A stretch of 64,000 nucleotides of DNA from Octopus sinensis (Eukaryota): assembly GCF_006345805.1 (NCBI RefSeq), contig NC_043010.1, positions 30,256,001 through 30,320,000 on the forward strand. Direction: 5' to 3'. Below the pieces are notes generated by a model. The model was not told the origin of the DNA, made no database searches, and saw only the letters and a program-made list of their open reading frames with translations. Below are positions 1 to 12,125 of the stretch, piece by piece (within the stretch, counting starts at the first letter, position 1; each line of letters begins with the position of its first letter). Position numbers and translations under genes: made by a program.

Positions 1-354
1 GTACTGGCTAGATACTGGTGTAACTCTCTCTTGTTCCAGTAATCACATCCTAGTTGTTTCGCTGGTTTAAGAGTAAGTTGGCCAAGAAGGTGTCTATCTC
101 TGCTCACGGCTACAATAGCGTGCTACATGTTACCTAGCCATACTCACTCATAAAGGTTTGCTGTACTTCAGTGTAACCTAGGTTACTTTGCATTATCCGA
201 TACGTGTTTTCCCTTTATCAAAATCACCATCATCAATCACTGGGCAATAACTGCCTCGAGTCTTAAGACTCTTCAAGTCAGTCATCCGGTTTTCATGGCG
301 TACAACTGATCGACATTACAATATTCTCCCGAAATGGAGTGCCATTCCGTCACA

Positions 355-496
355 GAATTACTCATTTATAGCTGACTGAACTGGAGCAACATAAAACGAA
401 GTATTTTGTTCAAGATCACAACTCGCCGCCCAACCCAGGAATCGAAACCACGATCGCAAGATCATGAGTATAACACCCTAACCATGAAGCCACATC
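355..496 (-). mobile_element. tRNA-derived SINE, degraded
   Basis: Reverse strand has A box (GTGGCTTCATGGTTAG), B box (GTTTCGATTCC) and the core TTGCTCCAGTTCAGTCAGCT; same family as 18165-18497. Confidence 0.7.
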
Positions 497-1151
497 AATT
501 AACTCTTTTTAAAAATTGGATGTAATTTAGATTCTGTTTCAGCTCAAGCAACGAATCCCTCGTTAGTCGTCATAAAAATTAGCATTTTATACACAATATT
601 TCCAGTGAATGAACAGATATTGTTTTCATATTTTGTCGAATCTCACCTCAAGTACATATTCATCATGTCAAGCACATTAGGAAAAATATAGATTAATAGG
701 CGTTGAACTAAATCGATTAACTACTAACCTATTGTCATCTTATTGATCCTAGATTTCGTAAAAATCAACGTACACTTTGTCAGAACTTCAATTCGAATCC
801 ATCAGCTTGCGTGTTTATTTTTTTATTCATTTTCCATCAGACATTCACGTGAAAATAGTGTCGCATGTTATAGGTTTCCAAGGGAGCCAGTCATTGTTTT
901 ACTGCTTTCCTGTAGGAAGAGTGAAAGATAGTGTCTGTTTAAATCGAATGGGATAAATATCATAATGTATTTTAATATATACTTTATTGCATCCATTAAA
1001 GCGGAGATCAACTTTATCAACTTCTTTGTAAATAATGAAGTCCACGTAGAAGTGTTCTGATGTTTCCAATAAACTTTGATGAGTTATCTTTATAATTCAC
1101 TTTTTTTCTTAATTTTTCAAATTAAGTAACTTATGATTTATAGACACTCTG

Positions 1152-1243
1152 CACACACCACACACACACACACACAAATACACACACACACAAACACACA
1201 CACACACACACTCACATACATACACATGCATGCATACGTATAA

Positions 1244-1307
<64 letters not shown>

Positions 1308-1308
1308 A
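1152..1308. repeat. Compound (CA)n/(TA)n microsatellite, one of many in the window
   Basis: Direct reading. Confidence 0.95.
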
Positions 1309-1928
1309 ATCGTCAGTAGTTCATATATCCGAAAAAGAAACACGCTCTAAAGCATTAGACTAGTAATATATATGTTTTTTATGGGCGGTCAGAGAATGAC
1401 CATTAGTTTTGCACTTTTAAAGCACGTTCATGGCCAGCTACCTCTGGGTTTAAAAAAAGAAGACACATCATGCGTAATTAAATGGACAATCCTTGAATAA
1501 TCGGGGCCATATCCCACGGGAGCAAAAGATGCAAGCTTAGTTTGACCGAAAGTGCAAGAGTCCTGAAAAACTCGCTTAATCTGGAGGCCTTTGTAAACTC
1601 CAGAAAAGAAGTGTCTAGTCAATGCCTTCGTCAGAAGCGTTTCCCATAACAAGCTTAAAATTCCCCATTTGCCGAATCACAGGCTCCGTAAACCGTCACA
1701 GCTGGAACTGATGTAAAGGGGATAACCCCGTTCTGAACGAAAATCTAACTGCAGGGTTCGGTCCGTATATCTTTTTTTTTTTTGTTTACAAAACTAACTG
1801 ACTGACCCGGATGTTTTCCTCACACCAGTTGAGTCTGACGAATCGCCTATGTAGCTAAACGCTTTATAAGTACGAAATCAATGGTAACTCTATGACCGGC
1901 CATAAACAATCGTGTATATATATATATA

Positions 1929-2426
1929 CTAGCAGTATCGCCCGGCGTTGCTCGGGTTTGTAAGGGAAATAACTATATAAGCATTTTTAGAGAGTTACTT
2001 CCCTTATAGATGCCAATTCGGGCTTTCTTAGCCATTTCTGTTTTGGTGACTTCAAGCCATGAAGTCGTTGTTCTAAAAGAACGCTGGTCTCCTTGACAAC
2101 GCTTTACGACGTTGATTTCCTTACACTCCCTTCCCTACAGCTTCACGAGGGAGGGAAGAAGGGGGAGAAGCAAACAGGTGCAGATGTGAGCGTGGACGCC
2201 AACTCCGCCGCCATCGACACACGAAAAATTATGCATTAAAATGGAATAAAAAATGATGTTAAATTATTTTAAAAATCGTAGACTCATCGTAGACGCGCGC
2301 TAATAGCCAGACGGGCTCAATATGAATCACGACTATAAGATACTCGAATTTGGTTAAACTGCACCGCAAAATGTGTGAGTAGTTAGGAATCTAAATCGAA
2401 GGGGACAGACACTCACACAACTACAG

Positions 2427-2432
<6 letters not shown>
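1929..2432 (-). mobile_element. Non-autonomous Helitron
   Basis: Minus strand ends CCCGAGCAACGCCGGG hairpin, GATACTG, CTAG|T inside a TA tract; first ~70 bp shared with 23263. Confidence 0.75.
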
Positions 2433-2481
<49 letters not shown>

Positions 2482-2904
2482 CAAATGAATAATAACAGAC
2501 GATGGATAATTGTCAGCTCATTACAGCTGTTTCTTACGCATTTTAAAAATAGAATAATGAGAACATTACTTCATTGCAAAAAGCTGATGAAACAATACAA
2601 AAATCAAAAGAATATTCCAAGAATACGGCAGTGACGTGACCGAAGTCTGTCGAGGCTTTGTATGAAATGGAAGAATCACTACAAAATTCTTGTAGGCATT
2701 AAGGGGTGGGGTTATGTTAAAAATATAGTTTGTGAAAGAGTATAATATGATATTTAAGATCAGTGACCCGGGTGAAATATGAGTCAGCTAGACTGGTTCT
2801 TTGAGAGCTAGAGATGGAGTATAGGTGATATTTTATCTTACTAGGCTTAGAAGTGGGTAGTTGGGGAAGAACCGAAGATAAAGTACCCGATTCTATCCGA
2901 ATCC

Positions 2905-3007
2905 TTACTAGCTCGGTGGTACATATTCTAAAATTGGAACGATACAGAGATTAGCATGCCCCTGCACAAGGATCACACGTAAATTCGTGAAACGTTCCAT
3001 ATTTTTT
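2905..3007 (+). pseudogene. U6: U6 snRNA pseudogene
   Basis: ACATATTCTAAAATTGGAACGATACAGAGATTAGCATGCCCCTGCACAAGGATCACACGTAAATTCGTGAAACGTTCCATATTTTTT matches U6; lacks 3 nt after ACAGAGA and one G of ATGGCCCC; no TATA near -30. Confidence 0.92.
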
Positions 3008-3126
3008 CCTGCTTCGGTGGCCCAGTAGACATGGGTGTTGAGAAGCAGTAATACAAAACATAGGTGGTGGTTTCAAATCTCTTCCAGAAATTACAAGAGA
3101 TCTAGTTAAAAAAATTTTTAAGGCGA

Positions 3127-3549
3127 AGGAGTGGCTGTGTGGTAAGAAGCTTTCTTCCCAACCACATGGTTCCGGGTTCAGTCCCACTGCGTGGCACCTT
3201 GGGAAAGAGTCTTCAACTATAGCCTCGGGCCGACCAAACTCGTATGAGTGGATTTGGTAGACGGATACTGAAGAAGCTGTCGTATATATATATATATAAT
3301 ATATATATATATATAATAATAATATTAGAGAGTATAACTCCAAACTTACAGGGAGAAATATATTTTAAAAAAATTATATACATATATTATTTGTTACTTA
3401 TGTATTGGTTTATGTCTATCACTGTTAGAGTTGCATAATAGTGGTTTTATCTCTAATTCATATTTTATATATATACGACGGGCTTCTTTCAGTATCTGTC
3501 TTTGGTCGGCCCGAGGCTATAGTAGAAGACATTTTCCCAAGTATGTATG

Positions 3550-3615
<66 letters not shown>

Positions 3616-3816
3616 GTTTGTTGTTGCTGTCTGTGTTTGTCCTCCCACCATCACTTGACAACGGATGTTAGTGTGTTTACTTCCCCGTCACTTAGTGGTT
3701 CGGCAAAAAGAGATCGATAGAATAAGTACTAGGCTTACAGAGAATAAGTCCTGGGGTCGATTTATTCGGCTAAAGGTGGCGCTCCAGTATGGCCGCAGTC
3801 AAATGACTGAAACAAG

Positions 3817-3819
<3 letters not shown>
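3127..3819 (+). mobile_element. Octopus tRNA-derived SINE (OR-type), split at its internal TA tract, with an inverted partial copy at 3473-3541
   Basis: Head 3127-3283 and tail 3610-3819 match the intact copy at 20251-20648. Confidence 0.8.
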
Positions 3820-3870
<51 letters not shown>

Positions 3871-3953
3871 TATATATACTTACATACATACATAACGGCG
3901 GTGCATCAGCATGGCCGCAGCTCTGAGCTGAAACTAGAGAAAAAATATATACA

Positions 3954-4032
<79 letters not shown>

Positions 4033-4462
4033 ATGTATACATCTAATTGTATAAAAACCTTTTTTGACATCATCATGATATTTGTTAGATTGAGAACAGT
4101 GAAGTTACTCAGGTCTGATGCTTTTTATTTACTGAGGATAATAAAATCATAACCTTTGTTTCGACTTTCATAGCTGTGTTTACTTTAAACGATACTGAAA
4201 ACCTGTTTCAAAGTTATGTCAAACTCCCTACACAAGCCTGCATTTGATGACGCCAAACCTATCCTTAGAAATGGTAACAATACTGGAAATATTGAAAAAT
4301 GAACATTTGAGTTTGCGAAAAATCTTGACGTGATAGAATGAAATGGCTTTCATTTTTTTAACTCAATACCCCAAAATTTCTCCATCACCAGACAAGACCA
4401 GACAACAAAAAACATGTTCCCCGGTGTGTATATATATATATATACATGCATATATGTGTGTG

Positions 4463-4523
<61 letters not shown>

Positions 4524-5082
4524 ACACATATACAGAAACATGCATATATGCATCGACGCACGCACACATATACATGCACAAACGCACATACTCACACATA
4601 CACATGCATGTGTGGTAGACAGTGTGTCTTCCGATCGGCCTCCAAACAGTTTCCGTCGACAATATATTTCATTGACTATATATTAGTCAAACCGAAACTG
4701 TGGTTGAATACAATTAAAATGTCACACAATGGGGTCGAATACATATACATGCAGTTGTGGAGCAAAATTTGCAATGACACATCTGACCTTACGAGAGGGT
4801 GCTGAAAATTTGGCATTAAACAGAAAAATACTACAGGAGGATCAGTTAATTACGATTTTACTCAACAAATTCCCCTCTCTGATTCACACACTTAGTACAG
4901 CGGCCCTTCAGTTTTTCTAAGCCCAGTATAAGAACTCGGAAGTTTGGGCCACCAGCCAGGCCTTTCGCGACACCTTTTTCAGCACACCCTCGTATCAAAT
5001 GGGATGGAAGAACAATCACGGGTTTAATAAAACGAATATATATTTCATTTGTGATTTTATTTCTAAAATTCTTTGTTTGTAG

Positions 5083-5441
5083 CAACCAGCCTGTATCCTC
5101 TCGTTACCACCAACACCACTGAAATCACAATTACGAGCAACACCGGACCCGCGGAGAATGTATCAGATGAAACACTTTGTTCATGTCCTTGCAATAAACC
5201 GATGAAGAATTTGACACGCAAAGAAGTTCTTGAAAAACTGAATCAACTTGCGTCTGAGTTAACTATTCCACGCAACACGACATCAAAGTACAAACGGTCC
5301 AAAATCAGTGCGCCGGACGAGAGAGAATCTTCATTATATATTAGTACTTTTATTGTAATAATCGTCACAATACCGTTTACCTTCATAATCCTCCTTGATT
5401 TAATTCCACTTTTAAAGTGGCTCCTTGTAAAGTGTATGTAA
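5083..5441 (+). CDS. Terminal coding exon of a single-pass membrane protein: Thr-rich stalk, CSCPC, amphipathic helix, SAPDERESS, transmembrane helix, stop
   Basis: Acceptor ttctttgtttgtAG (phase 1), open frame to TAA 5441, hydrophobic segment LYISTFIVIIVTIPFTFIILLDL; not TE-like. Confidence 0.8.
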
Positions 5442-5581
5442 AAATATTTGGTCACATAAAATATAACTTGTAACATTTCATAGATATATCACCTCTATGT
5501 GCATTATGATATTTTTAATTATAGATTCATCTTTTCTTATTAGAATATCTATATACCAATGTATATATATATATATATATG

Positions 5582-5660
<79 letters not shown>

Positions 5661-5797
5661 CGGAGATGTACTTGCATAGCAAGTGACCTGATCTGAGATC
5701 GTGTGCTGAAACCAAAACAATTGCAGCATGGAAGGTGTTTATAAGCCATTTAAAAACACACAAAAACCGTTAGATTCACCTCAACATTTAAATTTAA

Positions 5798-5848
5798 TTT
5801 GTCCAAATATTTTCGTCACTTTGAGACCTCGACCTGTTCACTGACAAA
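5798..5848 (-). ncRNA. Variant minimal hammerhead motif (G3-C8 core)
   Basis: tttgtca-GTGAACA-g-gtcg...tgac-GAAA-atat-TT-ggacaaa. Confidence 0.55.
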
Positions 5849-5862
5849 ATTCCGTGCTGAAT

Positions 5863-5913
5863 TTTGTCAGTGAACTGGTCGCAGTTTCAAATCGACGGAA
5901 ATATTTTGACAAA
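5863..5913 (+). ncRNA. Variant hammerhead motif, mirror copy, degraded
   Basis: tttgtca-GTGAACT-g-gtcg...cgac-GGAA-atat-TT-tgacaaa. Confidence 0.45.
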
Positions 5914-5991
5914 TTACATTTAAATATTGAAGTCAATCTAACGGTTTTTGTGTGTATTTAAATGGGTTATAAACACCTTCTACGCAACAAT

Positions 5992-6036
<45 letters not shown>

Positions 6037-6199
6037 TACATCACCATACATCATCATACATTCCCAGAAACAACCATAAAGTCGGATACACATATGGAAC
6101 TGAGCAGTGACTCACACATACACACAAATACATATGCATACATAAGAAATTCTCTTAGATAAAAAATTACCTAAAAACAGATTAGCACAAAGAATCACT

Positions 6200-6660
6200 A
6201 TGACAGAGTAGGTCAATACCTGCACTGGAAACTCTGTAATCAGAGCAAAATGAAATCAGCCATCAACTGGTATGAACACCGCCCAGAGTTAGAAATGGAA
6301 GGAGGTAACATAGCAATACTTTAGGATTTTAGTTTGCACAGAACTGACAGTTCAAGTAAGTAGACCAGATATCATCAAGGATAGGAGAGATAAGACCTAC
6401 AGATTAATTGATATGAGTACCCATTCAGATAATAACGAGTCAGTAAAAGAATTTGAAAGAACTAAGTACAAAGTGTCATAGATGGACATTGATAAGATGT
6501 GACATCTTATAATCGAAGATGTGTCCACTCATCATAAGACATTTAGGTATGGTAAATAGTAGATGTAGAAAAAATCTTAGCAATTTCTCAAGGGAATCAT
6601 CTTTCCAGGAAATTAAAACAAGCACTGCGCTTTTATTATAAAGAGCCCTCTTGATGTAAA
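6200..6660 (+). mobile_element. R4/Dong LINE 3' fragment (restriction-like endonuclease), decayed
   Basis: WYEHRPE, IL*DF, SRPDII, LIDMS, KEFE..KYK with stops and frameshifts. Confidence 0.7.
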
Positions 6661-7401
6661 TATGAATTGCTTGCGAAGGAGGGCCTTCGTCACCTAATTC
6701 AAATTATACTTATATTACTTTTACAATTCATATACATTCAACCATAAGCACATATTTCTTTCTATATATATAATGTATTTTTATTACGCCCCTGTACAGA
6801 CAGCTGAAAACAATTACTCACTCACATGAAGACATTCTAAGGAGTGACGTTAATTTGCGAGAGCACGTGAGGAACTGATACTAACACAGATAATGGTTCG
6901 GCAAGAGATTTCATAAACCACGAGCTCGAAACGTAGGAATAAAAAACCACGAAAGAAGGAATAAAAACAATAAATGAATAAGTAAACAAAGGTAGATTTC
7001 TTTCATGACGATCATCAATTGTTCCTCGCGTGCTTAGTTCTAGAGAAGACAAGTTGTTACATGCAGACGAACAGATAATACTTGTTGTGTTACGCAATTT
7101 CACCACTGCAAATATTTGAACCTTGGGAGCTGATTTTGTTTTTGTTTTTTTTATTTATTTTAGTGTTATATTATTTTATCCAATGATGTTATTGATTATA
7201 ATTACCTTGAATTAAAATTCATGCTTTCTTTTTCTTTTATTTGGCTTTTTATTTTGCTGATTTCTCTTCATTTTTGTTGTAATTTTTCCTTCCTTATAAA
7301 TAATTGAATAATAAATTAATAAACAAATCTTGAAAGTCTTAAGTGTTTAATATTTATGACTATTTCTAAATGCTACTTAACATAATTTATCATTACATCA
7401 G

Positions 7402-7588
7402 TGCGCCTGGCAAAATGCTTAGCAGAATTTCGTCTGCCGCTACGTTCTGAGTTCAAATTGTGCCGAGGTCGACTTTGGCATTCATCCTTTCGAGGTCAAT
7501 AATTTAAGTAACAGTTGAGTACTGAGGTCGACGTGATCGACTAGCCCCCTCACCACAAATTTCAGGCTTCGTGCCTATAATAGAAAAG

Positions 7589-7630
<42 letters not shown>

Positions 7631-7825
7631 TCAAATTCCAGAGGTCGACTTTGACTTTCATCTTTTCGAAGTCGATAAAAGTAAGCACCAATTGAACACT
7701 GAGCCCGATGCAATCGACTAGTCCTCTACCCCGGCGAGCTGACAGAATTGTTAACACGCCGGGCGAAATGCTTAGTGGTATTTCGTCTGCCGCTATGTTC
7801 TGAGTTCAAATTCCGACGAGGTTGA
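7402..7825 (+). mobile_element. Cluster of three partial copies of an (ATT)n-tailed octopus SINE
   Basis: GAGTTCAAATT..GCCGAGGTCGACTTTG..TTCATCCTTTCG motif shared with 39340-39720, 40715-40845 and 63570-64000. Confidence 0.8.
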
Positions 7826-7826
7826 C

Positions 7827-9060
7827 ATCTGTATTTCTTACTTTCTAGTAGTTTACTTGGTTCATGTTTATACCATTTATCAGTATGTTCAAATGCTAGC
7901 TTTCTACATAAATCCCAGTTGATTGCTCTCCCTAGATTGCCCTTTTCTTGTATTCTTTCTGTGCCAGCATATTACATTCACTTACTATATGAGTAACGCT
8001 TTCTTCTTTTGATTTCCAGAATCTACATTGGGAATCTACTTGTTTTTGTCTATCTTAGCTATTATCCAATTAGTTCTTAATGCTAGATCTTGTGCAGCCA
8101 CTAACAAACTTTCTGACTCCCGCTTCAGCTTTTCTTTCTGCAGCCATATCCATGTCTCACTCCTACTATTTGCTGCAACTGTCTTTGGAAATCTACCATG
8201 CAAACCCTGCTCCTGCGATTCAGATAGTTTCAGTTCCTTTTTCTGGTTTTTAACTTCGTTTTGATTTTTGATTGCCTTGTGTCTTGCTTTGACTCTAGCA
8301 GCTTTTAATAAACTTTCTTCGCTATTACCTACATAGGAGTCTATATCTACTCTAGCTAACTCCACGCAGTCTTCTACTGATATTAACCCCCTTCTGCTTT
8401 CCTTTCTAGGTAAGTATAATATTGCTACTCCTGCCCTTGAATGGAGTCCTCCATCATATTGAATTCTTTCCTAGGTCAGTAAATTAGTGTCTCCTATTTT
8501 TTCAATATCTATCCTACTGATAACAGAATCTACTTTCCTAGTCACTTCTATCAGCTTTTTTCTTCTGATACCTTTTAATGCTGGCAATCTTTTTCTTACT
8601 TCTTTACTCATTACTTCTTGCAACTCATCTAAAATCTTCTGATCTTCCTCACTTAAATCACTTAAGTCGTTGGTGCCAGTTGTCCCTTCCTTATTGGGAG
8701 CACTATTATTATTTTTTCCTTTGGGCTCTTCTTTGGTTTGAGTTGTATCTCTTATGTTGTTCTTTGTCTTTCCTACTGCTTGGTCTTTCTTTTCCAGTTC
8801 TCTTGTGATCTCTTCTACCTCTAATTCTGTCACCCACTTTATTCTAATAATATTAGCTTGATCAACTAATCTCTGCTCTGTTACTTTTAACATACCCTTC
8901 TCTACCCAAAGTGTTAACATCCGTTTTCTATAGTCCTTTCTTTTAGGTTCATTTTCTAAGTAGCACTGCAGCAGTATTTTGTTTCCTTCGCTGGTCCACT
9001 TCCTCCTCCTTACTCTATTATCTGCTGATGCTGTATTAGAATAACAGCTGTGGTCAGTCT
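7827..9060 (-). mobile_element. R4/Dong LINE with the RT core internally deleted
   Basis: N-terminal RRRKWT..CYL..YRKRM..W..EQRLVDQ joined at ~8470 to the post-RT region LYLPRK..RGLISVEDC and W.WL..LKRESESLLVAAQDLALRT, then a Cys/His knuckle. Confidence 0.8.
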
Positions 9061-9564
9061 GCATCTTTACTGAACCAATGTCGAGTGAAAGACCTTTCCT
9101 TAAAGGTTCAGCTTTATTTTCGGTGTTACAACCAGAGTTTCTACGGAAACTCCTGTCTCTCATAAACTGAGGCAAGGTCATCATCGTCATCACTACTATT
9201 ATTTTTCGACATCTGAAAGATTCAAGCAACTTTCTATTGCATCATTCGTTACACCTTTGTGCTGGCGGGGTGGTATGTGCTGCATTTTTTATGGGGAATA
9301 GTGTAATGTATCAGTACGTTTTGGGGTTTGGTTTGAGCATTGTTGCATTAGTTTTTAAATAGTATGTTGTTGCCTGTTGTTTTTGCTGTGCAGGTTGTGG
9401 TCTTCTGTCGGGTATCGGCCTTCTATGGCACATGTTGTGGATTTTGTTAATTTTCTTCAGTAATTAGAGTATGAGTTTATTCTTGTATGTTTTTGGAGGG
9501 ATGTTGCATAGTAGTGCGTGTGTAACTCATAAGGCAACTATTTTATAGTATTTATGATTATCCG

Positions 9565-9611
<47 letters not shown>

Positions 9612-9646
9612 CATCATCATCATCATCATCATTATTATTATTATTA

Positions 9647-9684
<38 letters not shown>

Positions 9685-10311
9685 TAGTGAGAGCGCAGTG
9701 CATGTCATCGAAGTGACACTGGGGTAGAATATACGAAGCCCAGTATGCCTATCATGACTACCCGTCTGATAAGGGTACACTAGGCACATGCATCACAACC
9801 ATATGTGTACGACATGGTGATCTCATATCAAGATAAACAGCACATGACCTTGCAGGTGGGGCCCAGTTAGAATTTTCTTCTGGTCGAGTAACCCATCCCG
9901 CTCAAAAGGTCCCTGAATAAAGGTTGTTTAAGGATGTTGAACGAAACTCCCATGTTTCCAGAGGTGAATTATTCAAACTCCAAAGAATCGTTAGCCAATA
10001 CAGACGCCATGATAGATCGTTAGCCACTACACACATTTTTTTCTCCTTGTTTTCTGTGTCCCTTTCTGTAGAAGAGCGTAGGCTCGAAACGTAAAAGACT
10101 TTTTCTATAAGTTAGTGGGTCAGTCATGGCTGTGATGCTCCCCAACAACTTCTGCTCGTGATCAGAATCAGAGATGTACATATCGTCAGCTTAACATGCT
10201 CAACTGGTTAAGGTTAAACAACTGACAAGCAAATCTGTGGTATCGAGCAGAATATTTGCTGTAGCCCATCTTTTGTACCAAGACAAAACAATGTACATGA
10301 TAACACTTTCA

Positions 10312-10354
<43 letters not shown>

Positions 10355-10440
10355 TATTATTATTATTATTATGTACATGATAACACTTCCAATCAGTTAA
10401 GATCAGAAGCCATGAGAGCTACTGCCTGGTATTGCATCTG
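9565..10440 (-). mobile_element. (AAT)n-tailed non-autonomous retroposon, interrupted by a PLE piece at 9990-10126
   Basis: 9683-9830 is the reverse complement of 39741-39877; tail is the TTA/TCA tract 9565-9682. Confidence 0.6.
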
Positions 10441-11483
10441 TTATTATTGTTACACCACCGCGCAAGCCCTAGGCCTTCCGATGCCTCCACATGGCCCTCA
10501 CGCCAGGAACACCCGCTTGCGACGGCGACGGCGCTCAGTAAACCGGAAATCCACTACGGGAAGGGGGAAGGCATCGAACGCAGCCAGGAACCAACACAAC
10601 AACAAAAGAAAGGAGACATACAGCGGAAGTTGCGTAATTTAACAATTTTGTTTCAAAACAAAATCAAAGCATTCCAAAACAAAGGTTGACAAATCATATA
10701 CAGAGTTCGAAGAACAATCATTTGCATTTAAACATAATACAGAGTTCGAAAACCAAATCATTCAACATTTGACTCAATACAGTTCGGTCATTTTCAAGAC
10801 AAATAATTTTACATTTAACACAAAGTTCACAATCAACAGTCTCTTAAAGCTCCACTCCCCTCTTCTTTTTTTTAACACGACAGTTCTCAAAAAAAGTTTC
10901 TTCTTTTCTTTTAAAAACATTTCCAAGTTCTTTTTTTCTTCCTTTTCTCTTCTTTTAAAAACAGCCAACAACACGCTCCCTTTTTTTCTTTTCAACGGTT
11001 ACGTCAGAGCCTCTCTCTTTTTTTCATTTCAACGGCGCATCGTCTCTTTCCTTCTTTTTTTTTTTAGACATTTACATTCAAACATTAGAATTCAAAATAT
11101 ACAGAAAGCAACATTACCAGAACATTTGTTTCTTAACTCGCGTCCGCAACAATTTTAACTCCACAAACTCCTACTACGACAACATGCCTGCCGCTCGTTG
11201 TCATCTCTTTCACTACCGTCTCTCGTCTCCGCCATCTCCAACTGCACCTGTCTGTCTCTGGCCGTCATCATCTCCAATTCACTCCCTGGACCCGGTCTCC
11301 GCTCACGCTGACCCTCTTACGGTTTCTCGCTGACTGACCCACTAACTTATAGAAAAAGTCTTTTACGTTTCGAGCCTACGCTCTTCTGCAGAAAGGGACA
11401 CAGAAAACAAGGAGAGAAAAAATGTGTGTAGTGGCTAACGATCTATCATGGCGTCTGTAGTGGCTAACGATCTATCATGGCGT
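9990..11483. repeat. Inverted pair of PLE pseudo-LTR pieces (9990-10126 and 11331-11470)
   Basis: Near-identical reverse complements of ~135 bp. Confidence 0.85.
10062..10097 (+). ncRNA. Minimal PLE hammerhead motif (position 6 not A)
   Basis: cttt-CTGTAGA-a-gagc gtag gctc-GAAA-cg-TA-aaag; related copies at 11360-11395(-), 12055-12090(-) and 34062-34098(+). Confidence 0.55.
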
Positions 11484-11949
11484 TATGATATATATATATA
11501 TATATAATATATATATATATATATACCCTCATGCCTTTTACTAGAACGCATATTGAAACAGACAAAACAATAGTTTATTTTCCCATTTAGACAGCGGGAT
11601 AGCTGGGGTGATTTGGGGTCGGAGTTTTTCTTAAAAAATTTGAAATTACAATTTGAATTTGTGTTTATTTTTTCCATATTCTTAATCTCCGTATTTTCCC
11701 ATGTAGATTGATGAAAAAAAAATCGAAAAAGGTTTTTTAATATGTTTAAAAAGGAAAGTTTGAAAAAAAAAAGGACCATTTTAATTTCACATGAATAATT
11801 TGTCATATTACTGCGGGAAATTACTCTGAAAGAAATCTTTACAGAAAGGTGAGTAGATTGATTGCATTATGTTATCGCAGTTTTGCGAGATTTTGCTGTT
11901 ATTTCTACCATGTGGATAGCCTACATGAAGGCCTGATGATATATATATA

Positions 11950-12125
11950 TATGGGGAAAATTCACAAAAAAAAAACAAAGAAAACAAAAGACGATGACAG
12001 GTGGTGTAGACAACAAACAGATGTATTAGTATAACGCTCGGGAAGTGAAAAACTCTTTAACGTTTCGAGCCTACGCTCTTCCAGAGAAAGGAACACAGAA
12101 AGAAACAAGGAGAGAAAATAAAGAG
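11950..12125 (-). mobile_element. PLE pseudo-LTR end
   Basis: Reverse complement of 34040-34190; carries the HHR-like motif and abuts a TA tract. Confidence 0.7.

Larger units (their letters stand above)
5719..5992. repeat. Fold-back palindrome (~135-bp arms, 6-nt spacer), PLE terminus-derived
   Basis: 5719-5852 is the diverged reverse complement of 5859-5992. Confidence 0.9.

Noticed and set aside
1428-1652. 74-aa minus-strand ORF of ordinary composition
   Set aside because: No recognisable motif or convincing splice context
4174-4272. AG...GT segment upstream of the 5083 exon
   Set aside because: Stops in all three frames from the acceptor
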